Of a stretch of 64,000 nucleotides of DNA, positions 37,560 to 48,155 are shown in pieces. Position numbers and translations under genes: made by a program. The DNA comes from an uncultured Pelagibacteraceae bacterium (lineage in GTDB: Bacteria > Pseudomonadota > Alphaproteobacteria > Pelagibacterales > Pelagibacteraceae): the NCBI GenBank assembly GCA_902627045.1, contig CACOHP010000002.1, positions 52,962 through 116,961 on the forward strand, written 5' to 3'. The notes beneath the pieces are model-generated. The model was given only the letters and a program-made list of their open reading frames with translations, did not search any database and was not told the origin of the DNA. The number at the start of each line of letters is the position of its first letter. Positions within the stretch are counted from its first letter, which is position 1.

Positions 37560-39323
37560 TTAACTAAATTTAAAATTCATTATATTTGAGCTACCAGAAA
37601 TTGCAGACTTATAATGTTGCTCAGCTCTAGGTAATACTTTATCGAAGTAAAATTTTGCCGTATCTATTTTGTCGTTATAAAAAACTTTATTTTCTTCGTA
37701 ATCTTCAAAGCTCACTTCTAACACTTTTATCCATGCATAAGCTATTGAAACAAAACCAAGAGTTTTAAGATAATCATTTGCCGCTGCACTTACGTCATCT
37801 TTATCCGTCTTTGCCTTATCAAGCATCCAATTACTAAATTTTTCTAATATATCTAAATTATAATTAAACAAAGATAAAAATGGACCAATTTTCTCATTCT
37901 TAGAATTACATTCAGATTTAATTTGGTCTAAAAATTTTTTTATAATATTGCCATTCTTATTTGATAATTTTCTAAAAACTAAATCAGCGGCTTGAACTGA
38001 ATTTGTTCCTTCATATATAGGTGTTATTCTATTATCTCTATATAGCTGCTCAATTCCCTGATCTTTTGTATAACCATAGCCGCCATAAATTTGCATAGCA
38101 TCACTAGTTATTTCCATAGCTAAGTCAGTAAATAATGATTTCACCACAGGTGTCATTAAAGATACGAAATCCGATGCTTCCTCTCGTGCTTTATTGTCTG
38201 AATGATGTAAGCTCACCTCAGTTTGTTGTGACAACCAAAAACATAAGGCTCGCTCACCCTCAATTATTGATTTCATATTTAATAGTGATCTTCTTATATC
38301 AGCATGTTCTATTATTAAATCAGCTCCATTTTTTGAATTTGAATTGTTTGATTTACCCTGCTTTCTCTCTTTCGCGTACATAAGAGAATTTTGGTAAGCA
38401 ATTTCTGAAATTCCTAAACCTTGGATACCAACAACTATTCTTTCAAGATTCATCATTGTGAACATAGCATTCAAACCTTTTTCTTTGTTACCAATCATAT
38501 AACCAGTGGCATCATCAAAATTTAATACGCAAGTAGCTGACCCTTTTATTCCCATTTTATCCTCAATAGATCCAGTTGATATTCCATTTCTTGGTCCAAC
38601 TGATCCATCATCCTTAACAATAAATTTTGGAACTAAAAACAAACTTATTCCTTTTGTACCTGCTGGGGAGTCATCTGCTCTCGCTAAAACTAAATGAATA
38701 ATATTTTCTGTTAAATCATGGTCACCAGATGTAATAAAAATTTTTTGTCCAGTTATTTTATAAGTTCCGTCTGATTGTTTTTTTGCTTTTGTTTTGAGTA
38801 ATCCTAAATCAGTACCACATACAGGTTCAGTAAGACACATTGTGCCGCTCCATTTACCCTCTACTATTTTCGGTAAATATTTATTTTTTAATTCATCTGA
38901 TGCATGATGATTAATACAATTATATGCACCGATACTCAGTTCACTATAGAGTTTAAAAGATAAACTTGCGGAAGATAGCATTTCATCAAAAAAAGCACTA
39001 ACAGTTTTAGGCATACCTTGACCACCATATTTTGGATCACAAGATAAAGACGTCCACCCATCCTCTATGTATTTTTTATAAGCTTCTTTATAACCAGGAG
39101 GAGTTCTAACTACTCCATTTTCCAAAACTGCAGGATTTTCATCTCCAATTTTGGCTAACGGTAATATTAAATTTTGGTTAATTTTTGCTGCTTCCTGTAA
39201 AATATCTTTAACTAAATCTGATGTTACATCCTTATATTTACCTAATTCGTTATATTTTTTATTATTTCTCAGTTTGTCAAAGAGAAAAATCATGTCTTCA
39301 ACTGGTGCGGTATAGCTTGGCAT
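37560..39323 (-). CDS. dmdC: Acyl-CoA dehydrogenase, probable MMPA-CoA dehydrogenase
   Basis: GTMCLTEP..GTD, KIFITSG, KMGIKGSAT, IYEGTN; cluster context. Confidence 0.82.
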   Translation of the reverse strand: MPSYTAPVEDMIFLFDKLRNNKKYNELGKYKDVTSDLVKDILQEAAKINQNLILPLAKIGDENPAVLENGVVRTPPGYKEAYKKYIEDGWTSLSCDPKYGGQGMPKTVSAFFDEMLSSASLSFKLYSELSIGAYNCINHHASDELKNKYLPKIVEGKWSGTMCLTEPVCGTDLGLLKTKAKKQSDGTYKITGQKIFITSGDHDLTENIIHLVLARADDSPAGTKGISLFLVPKFIVKDDGSVGPRNGISTGSIEDKMGIKGSATCVLNFDDATGYMIGNKEKGLNAMFTMMNLERIVVGIQGLGISEIAYQNSLMYAKERKQGKSNNSNSKNGADLIIEHADIRRSLLNMKSIIEGERALCFWLSQQTEVSLHHSDNKAREEASDFVSLMTPVVKSLFTDLAMEITSDAMQIYGGYGYTKDQGIEQLYRDNRITPIYEGTNSVQAADLVFRKLSNKNGNIIKKFLDQIKSECNSKNEKIGPFLSLFNYNLDILEKFSNWMLDKAKTDKDDVSAAANDYLKTLGFVSIAYAWIKVLEVSFEDYEENKVFYNDKIDTAKFYFDKVLPRAEQHYKSAISGSSNIMNFKFS

Positions 39324-39349
39324 TTTATAAGTTTAAGTTAATTAGTTAA

Positions 39350-40456
39350 TTATTGCAATTTTGAAATGATCGCATCACCCATTTGTGATGTTGATACTTC
39401 CTTCAATCCTTTAGATAAAATATCTTTTGTTCTTAAACCATCATTTAACACACTTTGCACGGCTTTTTCGAGGGTATCAGCTTCCTTATCTAAATCTAAT
39501 GAGTATCTTAAAGCCATTGCAAAACTCAAAATTGTTGCTATTGGGTTAGCAATTCCTTTGCCAGCTATATCTGGCGCCGATCCATGAATAGGTTCGTACA
39601 TGGCTCTCATTTCTCCATCTTTATTTTTTGCTCCAAGGGATGCAGAGGGTAAAAGTCCTAATGAGCCTGTTAACATAGAAGCTTGGTCTGATAACATGTC
39701 CCCAAAAAGATTGTCTGTTACAATTACATCAAATTGTTTTGGGTTCCTTAGTAATTGCATCGCACAGTTATCTGCAAGCATGTGACTTAATTCGACATCT
39801 TTATACTCTTTTTCATGAAGTGCTTGAACCTCCTCTTTCCATAGTTGTCCGGCTTCCATAACATTTGATTTTTCACAAGACGTCACTTTATTGGATCTTT
39901 TTTTAGCTAAATCAAAAGCTATTCTTGCTACTCTAACTATTTCACTACTTGTGTACGTGTGGGTATTAATTCCTTTTCTTTCTCCATTTTCTATAGGCTT
40001 AATTCCTCTAGGCTCACCAAAATAAATACCACCTGTAAGTTCTCTCACGATCATTAAATCTAGCCCAGACACGACCTCAGGTTTAAGTGTTGATGCATTG
40101 ACTAATTGTTCAAAACATATGGCTGGTCTTAAGTTGGCAAAAAGTTTTAATTCTTTTCTTAACTTTAAAAGTGCTCTCTCAGGTTTTTTTGAAAACTCTA
40201 CATTGTCCCATGTAGGTCCACCTACGGCACCTAACATTACAACCGCACTTTCTAGAGCTTTATAAAAAACTTCGTCGGTAATCGGTGTTCCATGTTTGTC
40301 ATATGAACATCCCCCCGCTAAGTCTTCATCGATCTCAAAATCTAAAGATTTTTTATCATTAAACCAATTAATAACTTTCCTGACCTCACTTATAACTTCT
40401 GGTCCAATTCCATCACCTGGCAGTAATAATATTTTTCTTTTTTTTACTTTAATCAT
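39350..40456 (-). CDS. leuB: 3-isopropylmalate dehydrogenase
   Basis: [42 protein letters not shown]. Confidence 0.97.
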   Translation of the reverse strand: MIKVKKRKILLLPGDGIGPEVISEVRKVINWFNDKKSLDFEIDEDLAGGCSYDKHGTPITDEVFYKALESAVVMLGAVGGPTWDNVEFSKKPERALLKLRKELKLFANLRPAICFEQLVNASTLKPEVVSGLDLMIVRELTGGIYFGEPRGIKPIENGERKGINTHTYTSSEIVRVARIAFDLAKKRSNKVTSCEKSNVMEAGQLWKEEVQALHEKEYKDVELSHMLADNCAMQLLRNPKQFDVIVTDNLFGDMLSDQASMLTGSLGLLPSASLGAKNKDGEMRAMYEPIHGSAPDIAGKGIANPIATILSFAMALRYSLDLDKEADTLEKAVQSVLNDGLRTKDILSKGLKEVSTSQMGDAIISKLQ

Positions 40457-41054
40457 TAAAGATCCAAGGTTTTTTACTTTTCAAGTCTTTTTCAAAATCT
40501 TCAATCTTATCTGATTTTTTTAATGACAATGCTATATCATCTAATCCCTCTAATAGACATTTTTTTTTAAATGGATCAATTTTAAATTTAATTTCATTAT
40601 TTCCATAAATAACTTTTTCTTCGTTTAGGTCTATAGAAATTTCCTCTTTTCTATTTGTATACTCTGAAAGATCTTTTATTTTTTCATCATCAAGAGTTAT
40701 GGGCAAAATTCCATTCTTGAAACAATTATTATAAAAAATATCTGCAAAACTTGAGCTTATAACACACGTAATACCAAAATCTAATAATGCCCATGGAGCG
40801 TGTTCTCTTGAAGAACCACATCCAAAATTTTTTCCTGCAATTAAAATTTTTGAATTATTGAATGGACTTTTGTTTAAAATAAAATCATTAATTTCTTTGC
40901 CTTGATCATCATATCTCATCTCAAAAAATAAATTTTTACCTAACCCAGTTCTTTTAATTGTTTTCAAAAATTGTTTGGGAATAATCATATCCGTGTCAAT
41001 ATTAACTATCGGTAGATATGCAGGAATGCTTTTTAATGTACTAAATTTTTGCAT
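40449..41054 (-). CDS. leuD: 3-isopropylmalate dehydratase small subunit
   Basis: [27 protein letters not shown]. Confidence 0.98.
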   Translation of the reverse strand: MQKFSTLKSIPAYLPIVNIDTDMIIPKQFLKTIKRTGLGKNLFFEMRYDDQGKEINDFILNKSPFNNSKILIAGKNFGCGSSREHAPWALLDFGITCVISSSFADIFYNNCFKNGILPITLDDEKIKDLSEYTNRKEEISIDLNEEKVIYGNNEIKFKIDPFKKKCLLEGLDDIALSLKKSDKIEDFEKDLKSKKPWIFND

Positions 41055-42458
41055 CTAATTTTGATACTTTCTCACATCGTCAAGATTTCCAGATATAGCT
41101 GCTGCTGCTGCCATTCCAGGACTTACTAAATGAGTTCTTCCACCTCTTCCTTGTCTTCCCTCAAAATTTCTATTTGAAGTAGATGCACATCTCTCCTCAG
41201 GCTTTAATTTATCAGCGTTCATTGCAAGGCACATAGAGCAACCAGGTTCTCTCCATTCAAATCCAGAATTGACAAAAATTTTATCTAATCCTTCTTGTTC
41301 TGCTTGTTCTTTAACCAACCCTGATCCAGGAACAACCATCGCTTGGACATGAGAAGCTATTTTTTTATCTTTTAAAATCTTTGCAGCCTCTCTTAAATCT
41401 TCTATTCTACCGTTTGTACAGCTTCCAATGAAAACTTTATCTATTTTTATATCCTTAGCCGCCATGTTTGGTTTTAAACCCATATAATTCAGTGCTCTTT
41501 CTAGAGAATTTTTTTTATCCTCATCTTTTTCATTTTCTGGATTGGGAACATTATCATCAATTGTAATGACGTCTTGAGGTGATGTACCCCAAGTTATCAT
41601 TGGTGATATTTCATTTGCTTTCAAGTTTATTTCTTTATCAAACTCAGCGCCCTCGTCAGTATTTAAACTTTGCCAATATTCTAACGCTTTTTCCCAATCT
41701 TTTTCTTTAGGCGACATTGGCCTACCCATTAAATATTTAAATATTTTTTCATCAGGAGCTATTAAACCTGCTCTTGCACCACCTTCAATTGTCATATTAC
41801 AGATTGTCATTCTTTGCTCAACACTTAGTGATTTGATTAGATCACCGGCATATTCTATTACACATCCTGTTCCACCCGCCGTGCCTATTTTTCCAATTAT
41901 TTGAAGTATTACATCTTTAGAAGTTACACCTAATGGAAGAGTACCATTTACATTTATTCTAAAATTTTTTGCTTTTTTCTGAACTAATGTTTGTGTTGCT
42001 AAAACATGTTCCACTTCAGATGTTCCTATTCCAAATGCTAATGCACCAAATGCTCCATGGGTTGCAGTATGGCTATCCCCACAAACAATAACTGTTCCGG
42101 GTTGCGTAAAACCCTGCTCTGGACCAGTTACATGAACAATACCTTGCCGCTTATCATTCATTCCAAAAAGTTTAATACCAAATTCTTTGCAATTTTCCTC
42201 TAAGGTCTCTACCTGAATTTTAGATTCATGATCTGAAATACCCTTTGACCTATCGGTTGTTGGCACATTATGGTCTGCTACAGCTAAAGTTAATTTTGGG
42301 TGCCTGACTTTTCTTTTAGTATTTCTAAGTCCTTCAAAAGCTTGTGGACTTGTAACCTCATGGACTAAATGTCTATCAACAAATAATAATGCTGTCCCAT
42401 CATCTTGTTGATGTACTAAATGGTCATTCCAAATTTTATCGTAAAGAGTATTAGGCAT
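41055..42458 (-). CDS. leuC: 3-isopropylmalate dehydratase large subunit
   Basis: [36 protein letters not shown]. Confidence 0.98.
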   Translation of the reverse strand: MPNTLYDKIWNDHLVHQQDDGTALLFVDRHLVHEVTSPQAFEGLRNTKRKVRHPKLTLAVADHNVPTTDRSKGISDHESKIQVETLEENCKEFGIKLFGMNDKRQGIVHVTGPEQGFTQPGTVIVCGDSHTATHGAFGALAFGIGTSEVEHVLATQTLVQKKAKNFRINVNGTLPLGVTSKDVILQIIGKIGTAGGTGCVIEYAGDLIKSLSVEQRMTICNMTIEGGARAGLIAPDEKIFKYLMGRPMSPKEKDWEKALEYWQSLNTDEGAEFDKEINLKANEISPMITWGTSPQDVITIDDNVPNPENEKDEDKKNSLERALNYMGLKPNMAAKDIKIDKVFIGSCTNGRIEDLREAAKILKDKKIASHVQAMVVPGSGLVKEQAEQEGLDKIFVNSGFEWREPGCSMCLAMNADKLKPEERCASTSNRNFEGRQGRGGRTHLVSPGMAAAAAISGNLDDVRKYQN

Positions 42459-42469
42459 TGAGAAAAAAA

Positions 42470-43045
42470 TTATTTTTTTTCTTGTAAGTTTTCAAGTTTT
42501 TTTTCTGTGCTAGTTTCGGCCTTAGGGGCATCTTTTTTGACTTCATTTTTTGAAGTTTCGTCTATTTTTGGCTCAACCGCTGGTGTAGCCTCTTTTTTAA
42601 TTTCTGAAGTATTTTCTTTAGTGATTGGAGCTAAATTTTCCTCAGTTACTGTTTCTGGTTTAACATCAACATCGATACCAATTTTTTTTCTAATTTTTTC
42701 GGCAATCCTTGCTGACTTCCCAGTTCTATCTCTTAAATAGTAAAGTTTTGCTCTTCTTACTTTTCCAGATCGAATTACTTTAATTGAGTCAATCACAGTT
42801 CCAAACAATGGAAATGTTCTCTCAACTCCTTCACCAAATGATATTTTTCTGACAGTAAATGAGGAGTTTAAGTTTCTACTTTTTTTAGCAATACATACTC
42901 CTTCAAAATACTGAATTCTTTCTTTTTTACCCTCTGTAATTCTTACCCCAACCTTTACAACATCTCCTGGGAAAAATTCAGGTATCTTTTTTTCAGAGAT
43001 AATCTTTTTAACGTTGTTTTGGTTAATTTCTTCTATTGTTTTCAT
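42470..43045 (-). CDS. rplS: 50S ribosomal protein L19 with long Glu/Lys/Thr/Pro-rich C-terminal tail
   Basis: [33 protein letters not shown]; ATG at 43045 preferred. Confidence 0.96.
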   Translation of the reverse strand: MKTIEEINQNNVKKIISEKKIPEFFPGDVVKVGVRITEGKKERIQYFEGVCIAKKSRNLNSSFTVRKISFGEGVERTFPLFGTVIDSIKVIRSGKVRRAKLYYLRDRTGKSARIAEKIRKKIGIDVDVKPETVTEENLAPITKENTSEIKKEATPAVEPKIDETSKNEVKKDAPKAETSTEKKLENLQEKK

Positions 43046-43061
43046 TTCAGTATTTATCAAT

Positions 43062-43748
43062 TTAATCTTTCTTATATTTTTGCCACAAATCTGGTCTTCG
43101 GTCGCGTGTTATAGCCTCAGATTGAGATAAACGCCAGTCTTTAATTTTACTGTGATCTCCAGATAATAACACCTCTGGCACTGCTTTTTCTTCCCATATT
43201 TGAGGTTTTGTGAACTGCGGATACTCTAAAAGGCCATTTTCAAAAGTTTCATCAGCTGAGGATTTATCATTTCCTAAAACTCCAGGTAAAAGTCTTAAAA
43301 CGCTATCTAGAATAACCAAAGCTGCCGTTTCTCCTCCAGACAAAACATAATCTCCAATGCTCACCTCTTCAATATTTCTTGTACCCAAAACTCTTTCATC
43401 AACACCCTCAAACTGTCCGCAAATCAAAGAAAATGATTTTTCTTTAGATAAATCTTGTGCAAATTTTTGATCAAATCTTTTACCTTTTGGTGAAAGATAA
43501 AAAATTTTATCTCCCTTATTTACATTTTGATCAATAGAATTCGCCAAGACATCTGGTTTAATTAACATACCTGTCCCACCGCCGTAAGGAGTATCATCAA
43601 CTGTTTTATGTTTATCTTGAGCAAAGTCTCTAATATTAATTACTTTTAAGCTCCATAACTTTTTAACCATTGCTTTACTGTAAATACCTTTATTTAAAGG
43701 CCCAGGGAAAACTTCTGGATAAAGTGTAAATACTTGAGCTTGCATCAT
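43062..43748 (-). CDS. trmD: tRNA (guanine-N1)-methyltransferase
   Basis: [42 protein letters not shown]. Confidence 0.97.
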   Translation of the reverse strand: MMQAQVFTLYPEVFPGPLNKGIYSKAMVKKLWSLKVINIRDFAQDKHKTVDDTPYGGGTGMLIKPDVLANSIDQNVNKGDKIFYLSPKGKRFDQKFAQDLSKEKSFSLICGQFEGVDERVLGTRNIEEVSIGDYVLSGGETAALVILDSVLRLLPGVLGNDKSSADETFENGLLEYPQFTKPQIWEEKAVPEVLLSGDHSKIKDWRLSQSEAITRDRRPDLWQKYKKD

Positions 43749-43762
43749 AAATAATCTTTGTA

Positions 43763-44272
43763 TTATTTCTTTTCCTCTTTTTTAGCTTCTGCCTTTGAAG
43801 CTTCTTCTTTTTTAGCCTCTGCTTTTGGAGCCTCTACTTTTGGAGCTTCTTCTTTTTTAGCCTCTGCTTTTGGAGCTTCTTCTTTTTTAGCCTCTGCTTT
43901 TGGAGCTTCTTCTTTTTTAGCCTCTGCTTTTGGAGCTTCTTCTTTTTTAGCTTCCTCACTGCCTTCTTTTTTTCGATCTTTTTTTGGGATAGCTTTCTGA
44001 GGATTATTTCTATTCGCCGGCATAGGCATTAATTCATTTTCACCTAAAATCCTCGCTACTCTAGTTGTTGGTTGTGCTCCTTGACCCAACCAATACTTTA
44101 TTCGTTCTGCTTCTAATCCAATTCTTTCCTTTTTTTCCTTTGGTAATAGTGGATTAAAAAATCCCACTTTCTCTATAAATCTACCATCCCTTGCAAAACG
44201 ACTGTCTGCAACAACTACTTTATAAACGGGTCTTTTTTTTGTCCCTCCTCTTGATAACCTTAACTTTAACAT
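43763..44272 (-). CDS. rpsP: 30S ribosomal protein S16 with repetitive C-terminal tail
   Basis: LRLSRGG.KKRP.Y.VVVADSR..RDG.FIE.VG.FNP, W...GAQPT. Confidence 0.97.
   Translation of the reverse strand: MLKLRLSRGGTKKRPVYKVVVADSRFARDGRFIEKVGFFNPLLPKEKKERIGLEAERIKYWLGQGAQPTTRVARILGENELMPMPANRNNPQKAIPKKDRKKEGSEEAKKEEAPKAEAKKEEAPKAEAKKEEAPKAEAKKEEAPKVEAPKAEAKKEEASKAEAKKEEKK
43776..43950. repeat. In-frame 30-bp tandem repeat in rpsP encoding ([10 protein letters not shown])n
   Basis: CCTCTGCTTTTGGAGCTTCTTCTTTTTTAG exact at 43861, 43891 and 43921; one-mismatch copy at 43831; half unit at 43816; degenerate copy at 43786. Confidence 0.97.
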
Positions 44273-44288
44273 TCGTTCTCCTTTTTTT

Positions 44289-45647
44289 TTATTTTAATTG
44301 ATTAAATAATTCTGGAGGTATTCCTTTGTCAGACATACCCTTCAAATTACCTTTAGACATCTTTTTCATCATTTCAGACATCATTTTAAATTGCTTTAAC
44401 AATTTATTGATAGTGGCTGGATCTGTGCCAGAACCATTAGCAATTCTTTTTTTTCTAGAACCATCAATTATCTTTGGATTCTCTCTTTCTTTTTTTGTCA
44501 TAGACAATATTATAGCTTCATTTTTTGTAATTATACTTTCATCAATTCCAGCTGCATCCATTTGAGATTTAACCTTTGAAACACCAGGCATAAAAGACAT
44601 AATGCCTTCTATTCCTCCCATTTTTTTCATTTGTCTTAATTGTGCTAAATAATCCTCCATAGAGAATTGACCCTTCTTTAAATTCTCTTCAGCCTTTTTA
44701 ATATTTTCTTCTCCAAGATCTTGTGCTGCTTTTTCTACAAGAGATACGATATCTCCCATTCCTAAGATCCTATTAGCGATTCTATCTGGATGAAATGCCT
44801 CTAGGTTATCAATTTTTTCACCTATACCTAAAAATTTAATTGGAACTTTTGAAATAAATTTCATACTAACCGCGGCTCCACCCCTCGCATCACCATCTGC
44901 TCTAGTCAAAATTATACCTGATAGATTTACAGTATTTTTAAATTCTTTTGCTACTGAAGCTGCAACTTGTCCTGTTAAAGAGTCTGCCACTAAAAATGTC
45001 TCAACTGGTTTAATCATATTTTCAATTTGTTTGATTTCACTCATCATTTGTAAATCGATCTGTGTTCTGCCCGCAGTGTCAAATAATATAATGTCAGCTC
45101 CATTTAAATTTGCAGCACTAATAGCCCTTTGACATATATCAGCTGGTTGTTGACCTTCGATTATTGGAAGAGTTAAAATATTATTTTGTTCTCCTAAAGA
45201 TTTTAATTGCTCCTGGGCGGCTGGCCTATAAATATCTAAACTTACCATCATAACTTTCTTTTTTTTGATGTTTTCCAAATATTTTGCAAGTTTAGCTGTT
45301 GTGGTTGTTTTACCAGAACCTTGCAATCCAACTAGCATCATTGGTACAGGCGGAACTGCATTAAGATTTACATCATTATTTTTTTCACCTAATAAATTGA
45401 CTAACTCGTCATAGACAATTTTAACCACCATATCACCTGGTGATGTTGATCTTATTATTTCTTGCCCTAAAGCTTTTGGCTTAACTTTTTCAATAAATTC
45501 TTTAGCTACGTCTAAAGAAACATCTGCTTCAAGTAAGGCTTGTCTAATACCTCTCAGACCTTCATCAACCTGATTTTCATCAAGCGATGGAGCCTTTTTT
45601 AAAGAAGAAAAAATTTCTTCAAATTTATTTGTTAAATTTTCAAACAT
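44289..45647 (-). CDS. ffh: Signal recognition particle protein Ffh
   Basis: [35 protein letters not shown], Met-rich M domain; ATG at 45647 preferred. Confidence 0.98.
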   Translation of the reverse strand: MFENLTNKFEEIFSSLKKAPSLDENQVDEGLRGIRQALLEADVSLDVAKEFIEKVKPKALGQEIIRSTSPGDMVVKIVYDELVNLLGEKNNDVNLNAVPPVPMMLVGLQGSGKTTTTAKLAKYLENIKKKKVMMVSLDIYRPAAQEQLKSLGEQNNILTLPIIEGQQPADICQRAISAANLNGADIILFDTAGRTQIDLQMMSEIKQIENMIKPVETFLVADSLTGQVAASVAKEFKNTVNLSGIILTRADGDARGGAAVSMKFISKVPIKFLGIGEKIDNLEAFHPDRIANRILGMGDIVSLVEKAAQDLGEENIKKAEENLKKGQFSMEDYLAQLRQMKKMGGIEGIMSFMPGVSKVKSQMDAAGIDESIITKNEAIILSMTKKERENPKIIDGSRKKRIANGSGTDPATINKLLKQFKMMSEMMKKMSKGNLKGMSDKGIPPELFNQLK

Positions 45648-45667
45648 ATTTATTTCACGCATTAGTA

Positions 45668-45748
45668 ATCGCACTAGTGGGCGAACCCTCGCTGACTAGT
45701 GTCGATCTCTTTGTTTCCAAAGACACCGCAAATTTAACGTTTTTGCGG
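45668..45748 (-). ncRNA. Structured ffh leader RNA (ffh motif-like cis element)
   Basis: Three stems on the minus strand: CCGCAAA/UUUGCGG; UCUUUG-GAAA-CAAAGA; AUCG(A)CACUAGU/ACUAGUGCGAU enclosing a CAGCGA bulge and GGG-UUCG-CCC. GC-rich island in AT-rich DNA, 20 nt before the ffh start. Confidence 0.8.
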
Positions 45749-45758
45749 AAACTGGCAC

Positions 45759-45786
45759 AAATTATAATAGAGGTTCAAAAAGTCAA
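45759..45786 (-). promoter_or_regulatory. Putative promoter for ffh
   Basis: TTGACT (45786-45781), 16-nt spacer, TAATTT (45764-45759) overlapping a TATAAT. Confidence 0.45.
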
Positions 45787-45808
45787 TAAATAAGTTAAAT
45801 AACTATAT

Positions 45809-46633
45809 ATGGACATTAAAGCATTTAAAATGGATGGATTAGGTAATGATTTTGTTATCATTGATAATAGACAGAAAATTACCAATTTAACAAGGGATCA
45901 GATAGTTAAAATTTGTGATAGAAATTTTATCGGCTGTGATCAACTAATTTTTATTGAGTCAGATAGTTCTGCAGATGCAAGTTTAAGATTTTTTAACTCA
46001 GATGGAGGAGAATCTGGAGCGTGCGGGAATGGAACAAGATGTGTTGCAGATTTAATTTCAAAAGAGAAAAACATTAATTCTATAGTTTTAAACACCCTTT
46101 CAGGAAAATTAAAATCCCGGATATTAGAAAAAAAAATTGTTATGACTGAAATTGGTAAAGCTAAATTAAAATGGAATGAAATACCTTTGTCAAAAGAGAT
46201 GGATACAAAAAATTTAAATATGAAAATTATCGATAAAAATAATAACGAGCATTTAGGTGGAACAGCAATTAATGTTGGTAATCCACATATTGTTTTTTTT
46301 GTAAAAAAGATTGAAGATTTTAATATAAAGTCTATTGGTCCTGAGATGGAAAATCATGAATTATTCCCAGAAAAATGTAACTTAACAATTGCACAAATTA
46401 TTAATAAAAATTTGATCAAAGTAAAAGTGTGGGAAAGAGGAGCTGGTCTTACCAAAGCGTGTGGAACCGCAGCATGTGCTACTGCATTTGCCGGTAAATT
46501 GAATAATCTTACAGAAAACAAAACTGATATAGAATTTTCAACCGGAAAATTATCAATTTTAATAGATGAAAATAATTCTATTCATATGAAAGGACCAGTC
46601 TCGGATATCGAGGAAATTAAGATAAAATTATAA
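45809..46633 (+). CDS. dapF: Diaminopimelate epimerase
   Basis: KM.GLGNDF, GCDQL, ACGNGTRC, GNPH, ERGAG.T.ACGT. Confidence 0.97.
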   Translation: MDIKAFKMDGLGNDFVIIDNRQKITNLTRDQIVKICDRNFIGCDQLIFIESDSSADASLRFFNSDGGESGACGNGTRCVADLISKEKNINSIVLNTLSGKLKSRILEKKIVMTEIGKAKLKWNEIPLSKEMDTKNLNMKIIDKNNNEHLGGTAINVGNPHIVFFVKKIEDFNIKSIGPEMENHELFPEKCNLTIAQIINKNLIKVKVWERGAGLTKACGTAACATAFAGKLNNLTENKTDIEFSTGKLSILIDENNSIHMKGPVSDIEEIKIKL

Positions 46634-47550
46634 TGGGTATCTTTGATAAATTTAGAATTGGATTTCAAAAGAGTGCGTCAGCTTTCACGTCTGGACTTAA
46701 AGAAATAATTATCAAAAAAGAAATTAATGATGAAAATTTGAATAAAATTGAAGAATTTTTAATTCGATCGGATGTAGGAGTTGAAGCCGCTTCTGAAATT
46801 AAAGAAATAATTTCAAGAAAAAAAATTGATCCAAATAAAGATCTAAACAAAGAAATAAATTTAATTTTAAAAGAATATATAATTTCTTTGATGAAATCCT
46901 TGGAGTACAATTCTTTTTTTGAAAAAAAAGAAAAACTTAGCGCAACTTTGGTTTCTGGAGTAAATGGGGTAGGCAAAACAACAACTATTGGTAAAATAGG
47001 AAAAATATTGAAGACTAATGGCAATAAAGTTATGTTTGCAGCATCAGATACTTTCCGAGCTGCTGCAATTGAACAATTAGAAAATTGGGCAAACAGAGTA
47101 GATGTTAAAATAATAAAATCATCTCAAGGTGCTGATCCGGCCTCTGTCGCTTTTAAGGCAGTAGATGAAGCTATAAAAAATAATTTTAATCAAGTTTTAA
47201 TCGATACAGCAGGGAGACTCCAAAATAAAAAAAATTTAATGGAAGAGTATAAAAAGATAGCCAATGTCACAAAAAAAATAGATCCCAACGCACCTCACAA
47301 TGTTATCTTAGTTTTAGATGCAACATCAGGTCAGAACGTATTAAATCAAGTCGAAGAATTTAATAAGATTATACCAATAACAGGTATTGTAATGACAAAA
47401 TTAGATGGTACAGCTAAAGGAGGAATTTTGTTAGCATTAGCAAAAAAATATGAAATTCCAATTATTGCATTAGGCTTAGGTGAAAAAGAAGACGACTTAC
47501 AATTATTTGAAGCAGAAAAATTTGCTGAGGCTTTTACTCAAATTAATTAA
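46633..47550 (+). CDS. ftsY: SRP receptor FtsY (minimal NG form)
   Basis: GVNGVGKTTTIGK, DTFRAAA, DTAGR, TKLDGTAKGG. Confidence 0.97.
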   Translation: MGIFDKFRIGFQKSASAFTSGLKEIIIKKEINDENLNKIEEFLIRSDVGVEAASEIKEIISRKKIDPNKDLNKEINLILKEYIISLMKSLEYNSFFEKKEKLSATLVSGVNGVGKTTTIGKIGKILKTNGNKVMFAASDTFRAAAIEQLENWANRVDVKIIKSSQGADPASVAFKAVDEAIKNNFNQVLIDTAGRLQNKKNLMEEYKKIANVTKKIDPNAPHNVILVLDATSGQNVLNQVEEFNKIIPITGIVMTKLDGTAKGGILLALAKKYEIPIIALGLGEKEDDLQLFEAEKFAEAFTQIN

Positions 47551-48106
47551 TTAAATTACTAGAGATCAAAGGTTTATAAATATTGCATTTATAATTATCA
47601 TCAAATTTATAATGACCACAATCTTTAGAAAATGAAGAGATTATAAAATCAAATTTGCCAGTGGTAGGATAAAGTTCTAATTTTTTATTAATGATGTCAT
47701 ACTTAAAATTAGCATTTAAACTTTTTACAGCACTAATCATTACTAATGTTTTATCATCTTTTAGTAAGTAATATGCAAAATCATCTGGGAATACTGGAAA
47801 ATCATATTCTTGTAAAAAATATTTAGCTTGTGAGGGAAACCACTCATAAGAAATTAAAGGTGATGAGGTCTTTGTTAAATGATTAAAAATATAAAGGTCT
47901 TTTGGATAATCATTTATATAATTATCGTTTTCGCCTCTAGCTAAAATGGATTTATCTCTACCTTTAAAATATAGGCTAAACTCTTTGTTATGTGAGTCCA
48001 TATGATCTACATGAAATAAATCATCAAGTTGAAGAAATTCATCTCGCGAATAAGCGTTTGTAAAAAAAATAAAGACTGCAATAAATAAGAAAGATAGTTT
48101 TTTCAT
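47543..48106 (-). CDS. Hypothetical exported protein
   Basis: 187-aa ORF with a Sec signal peptide (MKKLSFLFIAVFIFFTNAYS); no family recognised. Confidence 0.7.
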   Translation of the reverse strand: MKKLSFLFIAVFIFFTNAYSRDEFLQLDDLFHVDHMDSHNKEFSLYFKGRDKSILARGENDNYINDYPKDLYIFNHLTKTSSPLISYEWFPSQAKYFLQEYDFPVFPDDFAYYLLKDDKTLVMISAVKSLNANFKYDIINKKLELYPTTGKFDFIISSFSKDCGHYKFDDNYKCNIYKPLISSNLIN

Positions 48107-48155
48107 TATGTTTAAATAAATTATAATTCTGAAGTATATTTGTTGAGATTGTGGC

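Noticed and set aside
43776-43950. 30-bp direct repeats as a CRISPR array
   Set aside because: Units are head-to-tail with no spacers, in frame within rpsP, and no cas genes are present
43758-44000. 80-aa plus-strand ORF with [10 protein letters not shown] repeats
   Set aside because: Antisense shadow of the rpsP repeat
45668-45748. Structured RNA upstream of ffh as the SRP 4.5S RNA or a tRNA
   Set aside because: Lacks the SRP helix-8 CAGG/GGAA/AGCA signature and has no cloverleaf or T-loop; better explained as a cis leader
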